Shown piece by piece: positions 12,991 to 25,372 of a DNA stretch of 64,000 nucleotides. Each line of letters opens with the position of its first letter. Within the stretch, counting starts at the first letter, position 1. Made by a program: the position numbers and the translations under genes. Under the pieces are notes generated by a model. It made no database searches. It was not told the origin of the DNA and saw only the letters and a program-made list of their open reading frames with translations. The stretch spans positions 18,848,001 through 18,912,000 of the forward strand of contig OZ024759.1 in the NCBI GenBank assembly GCA_964016885.1, read 5' to 3'. Origin of the DNA: Eledone cirrhosa. Lineage: Eukaryota.

Positions 12991-13031
12991 GCACCTACGT
13001 ACGTTTCGCCCAGTTGGGCTTCTCAAAGGCA
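12991..13031 (-). ncRNA. Variant minimal hammerhead-like motif
   Basis: TGCC-TTTGAGAA-GCCCA AC TGGGC-GAAA-CGTACG-TA-GGTG; palindromic stem III, non-canonical 5' core. Confidence 0.5.
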
Positions 13032-13182
13032 TAAATAATCAAGTGTTCCTTACATTGCTCGGAAAGAGTTTTTGGGGTTAAATCCACGTCAAGATTTATT
13101 GCTCGCAAAAATAGCTTGTTTTGATTTTGCAGCAGGTCAAAGGAGGTAACTCTGGCCGGTGTTAGGGCAGTCTTTCCCGGAC

Positions 13183-13405
<223 letters not shown>

Positions 13406-14007
13406 ATATGTGTGTGTCAGAGATTGAGAGGGAGAGAGGGGGGAGGGAGAAAGGTGGGTTGTCCCTAGACGAAAATAGAAGAACACAATTCCATGAAATA
13501 CAACACGATTATATGGAGAAAAAAAAAGCTGAAATTTTTTTCAAACCCTTCTCTTTCATTATTTCTTTATAAACCGACTGACGTCTTTCACTAAACATAT
13601 TTACTGTTCTATTTACTATGTTGCGTCACGCTGTGCAATCTTTAAGCTGGAACAATCGTTCTTATGATTTTTCTCCATTTTCATCATTTAATAAATTTTT
13701 CTCCTCATTTTTTTTGTCGTTCTTTTTCTCTGCTTATTATTTTTTTTCATTCCTTTGTCTCCCCTATATTTCTATGTCCAGGTTTATTTCATTTTTTTCA
13801 TTTCTCAATTATCTATTTATTTATTTAGTGAATTTTGTATGGTATTTTTCTGTCTCACTTCATTTCCTATTTACATCAGAGTAATAACTGATTTTAAGAA
13901 AAAAAATAATGAATATTTTTACCTATATATTTCTTTTTCTGCATAATTCACGATTCATAACTATTCGGATTCTTGTTTATATCTTAATTTATACATTTTA
14001 CATGCAT

Positions 14008-14043
<36 letters not shown>

Positions 14044-14075
14044 ATATATATATATTATATATATATATATATATA

Positions 14076-14269
14076 GTAATAATAATAAATGTGAAGACAA
14101 AAATCCAAAGAGGGCTCGATAAGGATAAATATATAAGAACCCTAGAGCAAATATTTATTAAAATAACAGACTAAAGTTAAGGGTGAAAGCAGCGATTCTC
14201 TGCTTAAACTTTAATAGGTTATTTTGATATATCGTAATTTGAGACACACGATTTACTGTGTTTATTACT

Positions 14270-14272
<3 letters not shown>
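14076..14272. mobile_element. TA-embedded rearranged family (other copies 23058-23200, 43893-44018, 58211-58416)
   Basis: Shared GAGGGCTCGATAAGG and AAGGGTGAAAGCAGCGATTCT.TGCTTAAACTTTAAT blocks in varying inverted junctions. Confidence 0.85.
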
Positions 14273-14330
<58 letters not shown>

Positions 14331-14332
<2 letters not shown>

Positions 14333-14898
14333 TGAGCGGAACAAGTAATCATCAAACAATCTTTTAAATGAATTAAAAAACGATTTAAATATTCACCTAT
14401 TCTATTGCCGTTACCGACGGTTTCACTAATAAAAAGATATGAAATTCAAAGAATTTCCAATGGAAAGAATTAGATCTTCAGACAGCTATTTCCGTACTAT
14501 AAGGGTATAAAGCCTCACAGTAAGATAATATATCGCTTCCTGCCCGTTGTATGGGGTCAGGCCGTTAAAGTGACCTACACACAAAAATAGGCCATAAGTA
14601 AAGGCGGGATATTATAAACTTGTTGATCATGCCGCTAAAAATAGCAGCGCGATACAACGTTTTGTTCTCTACATATAGGAGAATAATTATAAAAGGGTAT
14701 GGATATTCCAACAGGCACTAGGTACCTACAGAAATATGCATGGTATTGATAATAGTTGTGGTTCGATGGTACTAATTTGAGATACCAGAACTATAAAAAT
14801 GAGCGGAACAAGTAATCATCAAACAATCTTTTAAATAAATAAAAAAAACGTTTTAAATATTCACCTGTCCTATTGCCGTTACCGACGGTTTCACTAAT

Positions 14899-14900
<2 letters not shown>
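14331..14900 (-). mobile_element. HHR-bearing element with ~100-bp terminal direct repeats (pLTR/retrozyme-like, family C)
   Basis: 14331-14430 is repeated at 14798-14898; (TA)n on both sides; no ORF. Confidence 0.75.
14404..14489 (-). ncRNA. Type I hammerhead ribozyme motif (family C)
   Basis: ATAGCTGT-CTGAAGA-T CTAAT..ATTAG T-GAAA-CCG T CGG-TA^ACGGCAAT on the minus strand. Confidence 0.8.
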
Positions 14901-14944
<44 letters not shown>

Positions 14945-16103
14945 TTTTATTGACCTCGAATGGACGAAAGATGAAGTTGATTGTGACAGGTTTTGAATAC
15001 CGCAAACATTTTAGGAAGTGTTAAAGAGATGTACTGTCTTCCCCCCTTTCGAGGTCGATAAAAAAATGTAGCAGTTCAGTACTGCGGTCGATTCTTCCAC
15101 TATATCTCATTTTCACTTCCTCCCTCTCACCTTTTATCCTTTTATGGAAGAAAGAAATCTGCTGTATTTAAAGCCGGAGAGGTGATGGGCTCCGCCAGGT
15201 TTAAAATGCCCAATAAACGATGATGCCCATACGGTGCCTCTAAGACTCTATAAGGAATTATGAGAACGTACATACATGGTGGCTGGAAATTCTGCTAAGA
15301 GTATTGCAATCGCTTATTAGATTACAGAAAATGGTGCACCTTTAAGCTACAGCTAGCCACACGAACATTTAACATATCCTGAACAAGCAATGCTTGTGAT
15401 TTGAAGATTTTTTATGTGGTGAAATGCCTTGCACTCAACCAATCCCACTCTCTGATCATCGAAAACACTACCCGAAAAGGAGTACTGGTCAACATTATCG
15501 GATTTTTCCGAAGCCGTTTTTTTTTGTTTTTTTTTTAGAGTTTTCCTCTCTTAGAAAGGTGTTGTGACAACAACTGTGGGCCTTTCACGCCCAGGTGAAA
15601 AAAAAATACTATTTGGATGGCCGTTGACTTTGCTGAGTTCCTCCGTCCTTCGCCGGGTTTTGTATTTCATCCCGCAGGGTGACTAAATATCACCCTCCTC
15701 ACCAAGCAAGCTTGGTAGGGTTGTCGGCTTAGTTGTACTGGGTTACATGTTACGAGTAGCACTCGAGAGTGCCCTGACATACATACATGTATACAAAAAT
15801 GTGTCTGTTTATGTGTGTGTATGAATGTATGATTATGCAAAGGAAATCTGATTTTGCATGAGTTGCATCGACTGGAAAATAGTATATATATGGAGATATA
15901 ACATTCTCTCCTGGTGAGATTAACATACATACATACAGTGGTGGACTGGCCAGGTTGCCAGCTTGCCCAATGGCATTGCAAGAGCCCACAGTGGCATTGC
16001 AAGAGCCTACAGTAGCATTGCAGGGCCCACTGTAGTATTTTAGGGGCCAATGCTTTGCTTTCAAAAAGTACCTGAAATCTAAGAGAAAGAATACATTTAT
16101 TTA

Positions 16104-16286
16104 AAAATAACTAAAACAATTAACCAAAGCATTTGGTCAACCAATTCCCCAGTGAATTACTAGAAACCAAAATATACGATAGTGCAAATAGTTGAAATCA
16201 GTGGTTATACATTCTACTAAATCTAAAGCTTAGTGTATTCATTCATGCATGCAAACACATATATATATATAGACACAGACACTCAA

Positions 16287-16349
<63 letters not shown>

Positions 16350-16531
16350 TATGCTTGAGTGTCTGTGTCTATATATATATATGTTTGCATGAATGAATAC
16401 ACTAAGCTTTAGATTTAGTAGAATGTATAACCACTGATTTTAACTATTTGCACTATCGTATATTTTGGTTTCTAGTATTTCACTGGGGAATTGGTTGACC
16501 AAATGCTTTGGTTAATTGTTTTAGTTATTTT
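16104..16531. repeat. ~185-bp-arm palindrome centred on (TA)n
   Basis: 16104-16292 versus 16349-16531 with a few substitutions and small indels. Confidence 0.93.
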
Positions 16532-16710
16532 AGTTAATTGTTTTAGTTATTTTAGTTAATTGTTTTAGTTATATACATATATATATATATACTTACACAC
16601 GAACTACTGACCAAATAATATTTGGTTTCAATGGGTTAAAGACATCTGCCAAATCAATTAGTGGTAAAGGTGGTGTATATATATATATTGAGTGAGTGTG
16701 AAAGACCAAA

Positions 16711-17187
16711 GGTCATTATTGAAAGTCGACCTTAAGTAGGAGCAATAACATTAAGAAAGACATGAACGACACCACAAAACTTTGTTTTCAAAGTTTTGAA
16801 AGAAGATTTATAAATATGAATTTTCATAAGATTTTCGTAGTTGTCTCTGTGGCCTAGTGGTAGGTACTAGAGACGGTGGAGATCCTGGCCTTGGGTTTAA
16901 TCCTGGTCAAGAAGTACATGTAGCCGTTTTTTAGTTATTTTACAACCAATAGAAAAAATATGAAAAGGTTTACCGGGAACCCTATTCTAGGATCGAACTT
17001 CAGACCAAGATCACCACCGTTTATGATTCCTACAACTAGGCCACCGAGACAACTACGAAACTATAATGAGAATTGATAATTATAAACTTACTTTCAAAAT
17101 CAAAGTTAAAAATATGTGGTGTCGTTCATGACTTTCCTAGAGCTATTAGTAATATTTAGGGTCAACTTCTGGTCATCATTGAAAGTC
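16711..17187. other. Diverged fold-back carrying two convergent tRNA-like Pol III cassettes
   Basis: Plus strand A box TGGCCTAGTGG (16850) and B box GGTTTAATCC (16894); mirror copy on the minus strand at 16985-17050. Confidence 0.65.
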
Positions 17188-17859
17188 TCTGGATTTCGCA
17201 AAATACATAATATTTTTTATTGGAGAAGGTACGATATTTTTCCGCAAAAATTTGATTTTACTGTTTTGTTTCCACTTATGTATTTGTCGAAAATGTTATT
17301 TATTCATTATAAAAATTAACTGATAGCATTCTATATGTAGGTGGGCCCCCTTCATCTCCTGGCAACCAATATATTTAGACCCAGTCCGGCACTGCATACA
17401 TACATATATATATTACAACAACCAAACAAACAAAGTGATGTACAGTACTGCACTGATACTTTTTATTGACTTCAAATGGATGAAAAGCAAAGTTGAATGA
17501 TCTTGGCAGGTTTTGAAAGTGCAAGAAGCCGGAACGAATATAGCAAATATTTTATCCAACGTCCTCACCGCACTGCCAATTCGTCACCTATATCTACATA
17601 ATATACATAGATGAGAATCAATGAATTATTAGAGTTTAATACTCTAACGAACATAATAAAGTAATCAGCTGTATTTTCTAATTTGAAGACGTAATTTTTT
17701 TTATCGGTATATCAAATATCATTGATTTTACTAGCATTCCAATACACTACAGTAACATTTTCACATATCCAACAAACTGGACGAAAATGAATTATTAATG
17801 CCGTTTTGCATTTTAACAACCGCAAGGTATATACCTGATCATAAATCACACGTGCTTAC

Positions 17860-17882
17860 ACACACATATATATATGTGTATA

Positions 17883-17954
<72 letters not shown>

Positions 17955-18022
17955 TATATATATATGTATATGCATATATATATATATATATATATATGCA
18001 TATATATATATATATATATATA

Positions 18023-18102
<80 letters not shown>

Positions 18103-18375
18103 TATATATATATATGTATATGCATATATATATATATGTATATGCATATATATATATATATATGCATATATATACATATATATGCATATATATCTATATA
18201 TAGCATATATATATGTATATATATCTATACATAGCATATATATATGTATATGTATATCTATATATAGCATATATATATATGTATATATATCTATATATAG
18301 CATATATATATGTATATATATCTATATATAGCATATATATATGTATATATATATATGCATATATATATATATATA

Positions 18376-18411
<36 letters not shown>

Positions 18412-18492
18412 TATATACATATATGCATATATCATACACATATGCATATATATATATATGCATATGTGTATATATATATATATACACACATA

Positions 18493-18532
<40 letters not shown>

Positions 18533-18742
18533 TTGTCTGCCTCTCTGTTTCGTTCCCGTCCAAATGTGCACTGTATATATTTATACATATATATACATAT
18601 ATATACATATACACATAAGCATTTATTAATATATGTATGTGTATATATATATATGTGTGTGTGTGTAGGCGGGGGGTGAGTGTATGTTTATATATAGATT
18701 TTAGTAAGTAAGTTAATTTTTATAATTTTCTTATTTTACGTC

Positions 18743-18806
<64 letters not shown>

Positions 18807-18830
18807 TGTGTGTGTGTGTGTGTGTGGTAG
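17860..18830. repeat. (TA)n / TATGCA compound microsatellite
   Basis: Read directly. Confidence 0.95.
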
Positions 18831-19268
18831 GTTCTTCATTTGTATAGTTAAACAGAAATAAATCAAATAACTCTAAACCAATGAAATATGAAAGCCATAA
18901 TCTGAAACCTTAGGATATACGAAGGAGAAGAAGAGGCAAAGCAATTGTTTATCGCGATTATGTGTGGTTATTGGAATAGATTAGCAGTGAAAACCTCGCA
19001 TCAGATGACGCTGCAAATTTTAGAATAAATTTAAATCAATTTGAATCGAAATTATAATTATTTTTTTTTTAAGAAGTTACATATTACACATAAAATGAAT
19101 GTGTATGCGTGTTCTTGTATGCGTTTTTTTTTTTGCATGTATGTGTGTGTGTGAATGTGTGTGTGTTCGTGTGTTTATGTGTGTGTGTGTGTGTGTGCAA
19201 TAGAGAGAAAGAGTGAGAGAGGAGTGTGAGAGAAGAGAGAGTTGGTGAAGAGATTGGAAAAAGAAGAG

Positions 19269-19335
<67 letters not shown>

Positions 19336-21555
19336 ATAGGGAGAGAGAAAGGAGGGAATAGAGAGCAAAAATAAAAAGGTGAGTGAAATAAGAAAATGAG
19401 AGAAAAGAGAATCAATGGATACATAGATATATAAACGAAAGAAACACAGAGTAAAAGAGAAGATAGGCAAGAGATATATATATAAAGAAAAATGAAAGAG
19501 AGAGAGAAGAGATACAGAGAAGAGATAGATATAGAGAAGAAAGAAAGATGAAGAGAAGAGTTTCAAAGAAAAGATAGATATAGAGAAGAAAGAAAAATGG
19601 AGAGAATGGTTACAGAGAAGAGAGTGAGAAAATATAATGGAATAATGTTTGTGTGTATGTGTTTCTATATGTATGTGTTAACACGGCTGGGAAGTCTTTT
19701 TGCTTTTACTAGATATGTGTGAACATTTTACAGTAAAAAAAAAAGAACGTTTTTTCTCATAAAAATTTCGGTAATTTTTTTTTAATATTCGTCTAAAACA
19801 TCTTAATCAGTTGTTCTCAAGCGATTTTGCTGAAACGCCTCCTTGTAATCTGATAAAATTATTAACGCCTCCAACACTCTCTGTTTCTCTTTTCTATATA
19901 TTTATCTATTACCTCTATCATGTATTTCTTTCTCATCCCTCTCTCCTTTCTCTTCTTGTTCTTTTCTCTAACATTCTTCTCTTGCTATCTTCTCTCTCAC
20001 TCTCTCTTTCTCTTTCTCTCTCTCTCTCTCTCTCTTCCTTTTCTCTCTCTTTGCCTACTATCTCTTTTTTTCTACTTATCTCTCTATGGCATACACACAT
20101 ATACACACACACACATATACACTCGTGCACATACAATCACACAAACGCACATTTATTTTATACGGGTTTTATGTATCTTGAAATATGGGTGTAATAACTT
20201 TAGAAACATATTTTCGCCATGTCCTCCTCTCCCCAAATTTTATAAAACGCCCCCAAGTTTTGAAATACCTTGGTATAAATAGAATCAGAGACTGTCGAAA
20301 TATTAATAAATTAGAAAAAAGAATAAGAAAGAAAAACGAATTGAAATTATACAAACTCCACCCCATTACATTTATCTTTCTTCCTCTACTTCTCTCTGTG
20401 TATTTTATGTTTCTGTAACACAGGTATACTTTTTGAAAGAAAACATTGTTAACGCATCACTAACTTATTTATAGAAGTAGATCACGAGAATGTGTTGTAT
20501 ATGTAATGTGGCCAATTTAAGATTGGTATTTAAGATCTTAATAATTGTATGTCTAGAAACAGGGTCACCTTGGACAGATAAAGGTGTTCAGTCGTTAGTG
20601 ATATTTTAACAAGAACGAAACTAGTTTGGCTGAACCTTTATTTTCTATCCAAGAAGATATTGTATACATGTCTTTATCTGCATCTACACATTTTTCTTTA
20701 GGACCCGTAACACTTGAAGGAGCAGTGAGGGCACAGTATTGACACACGACGTTTCATATGGCATTTTTTAAAACCTGGCAGAGCCCAGCTCCTCTACAGG
20801 TTTGAATATATCAAATTTCTTCCAGAGGAGGATAAAGAGTGAAAGAATAGAAGTAAGAGAGAGATATAGAGAAAAATCTACCCTAGTATTAAACTGATCC
20901 ATTTTTACCTACCTCCAATGGAAGAAAGGGAAATTTGACCTGGGTGACATTCGAACTCAGAATGTAAAGAGCGAGAACAATAAACTATTGTCAGATGCTC
21001 CAAGGATTCTGCTTAGCCGTAGCCCTTATAGGACTTTATTTTATTAACTCTGGAAGGACAAAAGCCAAAGATCTCAGCAACATTTGAACTCATAATGCTT
21101 GTATAAAGGGTTCTTATATATATATATTAAAAAGTATGACCCCGACGGCAGAGCTCAAGCCGTTTCGACGGCTCTATCTGGACTGAAATAGCCGTCAAAA
21201 CGGCTTGAGCTCTGCCGTCGGGGTCATACTTTTTCCTATTTCCCACTCTACTACCCTAAGTATTGAGTACTCTGGTGCGTTATGGTCCATCTGGTTCCTT
21301 ACTTACCACAATTCCTTTGTTATACATATATATTATATGATGGACTCTCCCGTCGATATCCGACATATGAGTGTCCAACAAAAGTTAAATGTGAGAAAGT
21401 GAACTGATGTTGAACTACCCACACAGCACAAAGTTTTGATTTAAGTGGTGAAGGCTTGTGTAGGACCAACCACCTTTTTTGGAACTGACCATACATATCT
21501 TCGGTCCACGGAAAATACGAAAGCCCTCAGCTTTTTATACCTGGGAGTTTAACCT

Positions 21556-21895
<340 letters not shown>

Positions 21896-21897
21896 TA

Positions 21898-22112
21898 TAA
21901 AAGGGTCAGCTGAAAAGTTCATAAGCTGAAAAGTCCATAGGCTGACCAAGATACTCCCATGGGTTGACCAGTTGAGATTTATTTTTCAACAGTCACTGTA
22001 AAGAAACAATGCAGTTATTAATTAGAAGAATTGAAATTAATGTATGCAAGATTTCACAGCTTTGTATCACTCCTTCATGGTCAGCCTATGAACTTTTCAG
22101 CCTACCCTCATG
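21898..22112. mobile_element. Mariner-type MITE copy
   Basis: AGGGTCAGCTGAAAAGTTCATA ... TATGAACTTTTCAGCCTACCCTC inverted termini. Confidence 0.75.
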
Positions 22113-22114
22113 TG

Positions 22115-22149
<35 letters not shown>

Positions 22150-22179
22150 CATATATAGCCAGGTTGTCTTTATGTATGT

Positions 22180-22223
<44 letters not shown>

Positions 22224-22278
22224 CCAGGTTGTCTTTATGCGGGTATGTCAATATTTATAAAACAAAAAAACAAATTTG

Positions 22279-22344
22279 TATTTTATCTGATGAAAGCGCA
22301 CCAAAATTTGCCTTGGTTGCCCTTGAAATATATATAATAAAATA
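22279..22344 (+). ncRNA. Type I hammerhead ribozyme motif (family A, best copy)
   Basis: TATTTTAT-CTGATGA(22287-22293)-AAG C GCA CCAA..TTGG T TGC C CTT-GAAA-TATATA-TA^ATAAAATA; perfect 8-bp stem I. Confidence 0.85.
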
Positions 22345-22440
22345 ATTATGGTTTTATAAATATAGTTTCCATTTATTAGTATATATATATGTGTGTGAGT
22401 ATATACATATGCATATATGTATATGTATATATATATATGT

Positions 22441-22886
22441 GTTTTCACGGTATTTTTGACTAAAGGAATTGTAGCCTGATAACGGGGTTTAGAACCCTCA
22501 GATAAATGGAAAAAGATGTGTATTGACGTACATGGGAGTCGAACCCACATCTTTGGTTATCGCGACCATTGTGCTACCATTACACCAACACATTACCCAT
22601 CCCCTTCTATTCAAATTAGAAGCTACATTCTTAGCGAGTTTAAATGGCAAGTAAGTATGTTTTGAAACAGTGAGCAGGTTTGAAATTAGAAAATAGAATA
22701 GCTTTCACGGTATTTTTGACTAAAGGAATTTTAGCCTGATAAAGGGGTTTAGAACCCTCAGATAAATGGAAAAAGATGTGTATTGACGTACATTTTATCA
22801 GGCTAAAATTCCTTTAGTCAAAAATGCCGTGAAAGCTATTCTATTTTCTAATTTCAAACCTGCTCACTGTTTCAAAACATACTTAA
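22441..22886 (-). mobile_element. TA-embedded element with 260-bp tandem unit, terminal inversion and internal tRNA-like cassette
   Basis: Direct repeat 22443-22533 / 22703-22793; 22793-22885 is the reverse complement of ~22652-22743. Confidence 0.75.
22524..22596 (-). pseudogene. tRNA-derived sequence (A and B boxes; weak acceptor stem)
   Basis: TGGTGTAATGGTAGCAC..TGGT..ACCA..GTGGGTTCGACTCCCAT: D arm and T arm pair. Confidence 0.65.
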
Positions 22887-22991
22887 TATATATATGTATA
22901 TTTATGTACATATATATATATGTGTGTGTATATATATGAATATATATATGTATATGTATATTTATGTATACACACACACACACACACACAC

Positions 22992-23063
<72 letters not shown>

Positions 23064-23196
23064 TAAAATAACAGATTAAAGTTTAAGCAAAGAATCGGTG
23101 CTTTTAATAAATATTTGCTCTTCGGTTCTTATATATTTGATATATATTTTCCTTATCGAGCCCTCTTTGGATTTTAGTCTTCAATTTTATTATTAT

Positions 23197-23252
<56 letters not shown>

Positions 23253-23730
23253 CTAATGGTTTTAGCAACTAGAGATCTTATTGGAATATATTTCTAGCAT
23301 TGCGTAAGGTGATAATAATTGTGGCGCAATAATTCCTTAAAAGATTCCTGTGCATCCTTCGGCCATTGGACATTGAATTTGGTAATTTTTCAAAAACCAT
23401 AAAACGTTGAATTATGTCAAAGTTAATGTCTTTATTCTTTCGGTAGTTGGAGCCACATGTTCTCTCCAGAGGTTAGGACTACCGAAATTATTTTATACCA
23501 TAACCAGAAATAGTTTCTTATTAATGAATAATCCATATGCTGTATGATCTAATTTATAACCTAACTTGCCTAAAAGATTTCACAGCAGATGGTTTATTTC
23601 TGTTACTGACTAATGTTTAAACTATTGAATATTGAGAGAACGAGTTTCATACTGAATACATGAAGGTTGAATAAGACTCAATTGCTTTCATTTCTTTGTC
23701 AGGCCTGAATATTTCTTGTACAAATTACAT

Positions 23731-23788
<58 letters not shown>

Positions 23789-24127
23789 TAGCAAAGCACG
23801 TAAGATTTTCAGATATAGAATGACATTATTCATATTATATTTGGTTAGTTACAGAATATTTGAATTGCATGTCACCGTCGCGTACAGGCTGTCATCTTCT
23901 CGTGGTGCAAATTGATACTAGATACTACTTTGGATCAAATTGGATCTTGTAGAAGATATTAAAAGAATCCCTATACGAGCCTAAAACGGTGGAAATATGT
24001 AGATCTGTGGATTATAATTATAATTACAAACAGTATGTAGTTACATTGTCCGGCAGTATTGTTATAATTACATATCATTTTTGTATGCGTTTTACAAAAT
24101 GAAAAGCCGGCTCAAATTATTGGTAAC

Positions 24128-24166
<39 letters not shown>

Positions 24167-24212
24167 GAAAGGTATAGAAATTGTTTTAGCAATAAGCTAA
24201 CAGTATTCCATA

Positions 24213-24254
<42 letters not shown>

Positions 24255-24487
24255 CCTTATTTTATAACTGTGCGTGTGCAGCCTCGTGTCAAATAAAAGA
24301 AGCATAGTTACATTAACAATTTCAGATTGTTATTTCATTAATCTGCATCCTAATTTAGTGGCTCAGCAGGTGTCAATGTAAACTCCAAAGTCAAAAGAAT
24401 GGAATAATGCAAGGACTAAAAATACTTTGAGTGAAGAAAGATCGATTGAATATATAAGTACACGTAATCTTGCCGAAGTTAGATGAT

Positions 24488-24820
24488 GAGGTGGCGAATT
24501 GGCAGGGTCGTTTGAACGGAGGATAGATTGCTTTGTGGCATTCGTGTCGGCTCCCTGCTCTCTAAGTTCAAGTTAAGCCGAATTCAACTTTGCATGTTAT
24601 CGTTTCGAGGTCAATAAAAAAAGTACCAGTCTAGTACTGGGGGTAGATTTCTCCTCTATATCTCCTCCTCACTTCAAGTCCCTCATTCTTTATCCTTATC
24701 CGTGAGAAATTTGCTGTATTTAGTCCTGGAGAGGGATGGGCACTAGCTTTAAAAGATGTCCCAGAAACGCCGTATATTAATACGGTGGCCCTACGACGCT
24801 CATGTGAGTTACAGGACCAT
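24488..24820 (+). mobile_element. Chimeric SINE (major-SINE head plus alternative 3' module)
   Basis: SINE head, pyrimidine linker, then GAAAT.TGCTGTATT.AG.C.TGGAGAGGGATGGGC..GAGTTAC.GGACC. Confidence 0.8.
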
Positions 24821-25264
24821 GTATGCATGCCATGCATATAATGAAGCTGCGAATAGGTGAAGCCCTTTTTCCTGATGAATGCTCTCTCCTGAAAATTGCA
24901 GTTGGTTGCCAAACCTCTAGGAAAAGGATCCCCAACCACCAAACTTCTTGGACATGTGGTTGGTATGATTATCGGTAACTATCTCCTATCAAAACTGTGT
25001 ATATATGCGTATGTATGTTAGGTTTGTATATTTGTATATTGGGTATGCTTATGTATATTTGTGTGTAAGAATGTAAATACGTTTGCATGTGTGTATGTAT
25101 GTGTGTATGCATGTGTATGTATGTATGTGTATATGTACGTATGCGTGTAAGTATGTATTCATGTATGCATGTATGTATGTACGTACGTATCTGCATGTAT
25201 GTGGGTATATGTAAGTACCTAACATAATTCATATCATTACCTTTTTACTAAATAAATATAATTT

Positions 25265-25372
25265 TTCTTGCTCAGGGTCTACCGTTGGGTCTACTGCCGG
25301 TTGGTTTTGCCCCGTAAAATCTGCCCAGCGATTCTTTCCTGAGACATTCTAACCACATGACCGTAATATTTT
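25265..25372 (-). mobile_element. RTE LINE 3' remnant
   Basis: Translates YGHVVRMSQERIAGQIL..PTGSRPNGRP; homologous to 28620-28800 and 61672-61900. Confidence 0.7.

Larger units (their letters stand above)
15936..17394. mobile_element. Non-autonomous hAT DNA transposon
   Basis: TIRs CAGTGGTGGACTGG / CCAGTCCGGCACTG (12/14 match), 8-bp TSD CATACATA, subterminal GGGCCC and GTTGCCAG motifs, 21-bp tandem repeat near the left end. Confidence 0.8.

Noticed and set aside
22524-22596. Functional tRNA gene
   Set aside because: Poor acceptor stem, irregular anticodon loop, embedded in a repeat; treated as tRNA-derived.
23942-24006. GGATC-TTGTAGA...GAAA-TATG-TA-GATCT as an HHR
   Set aside because: Two core changes and no convincing stem II; at most a relic.
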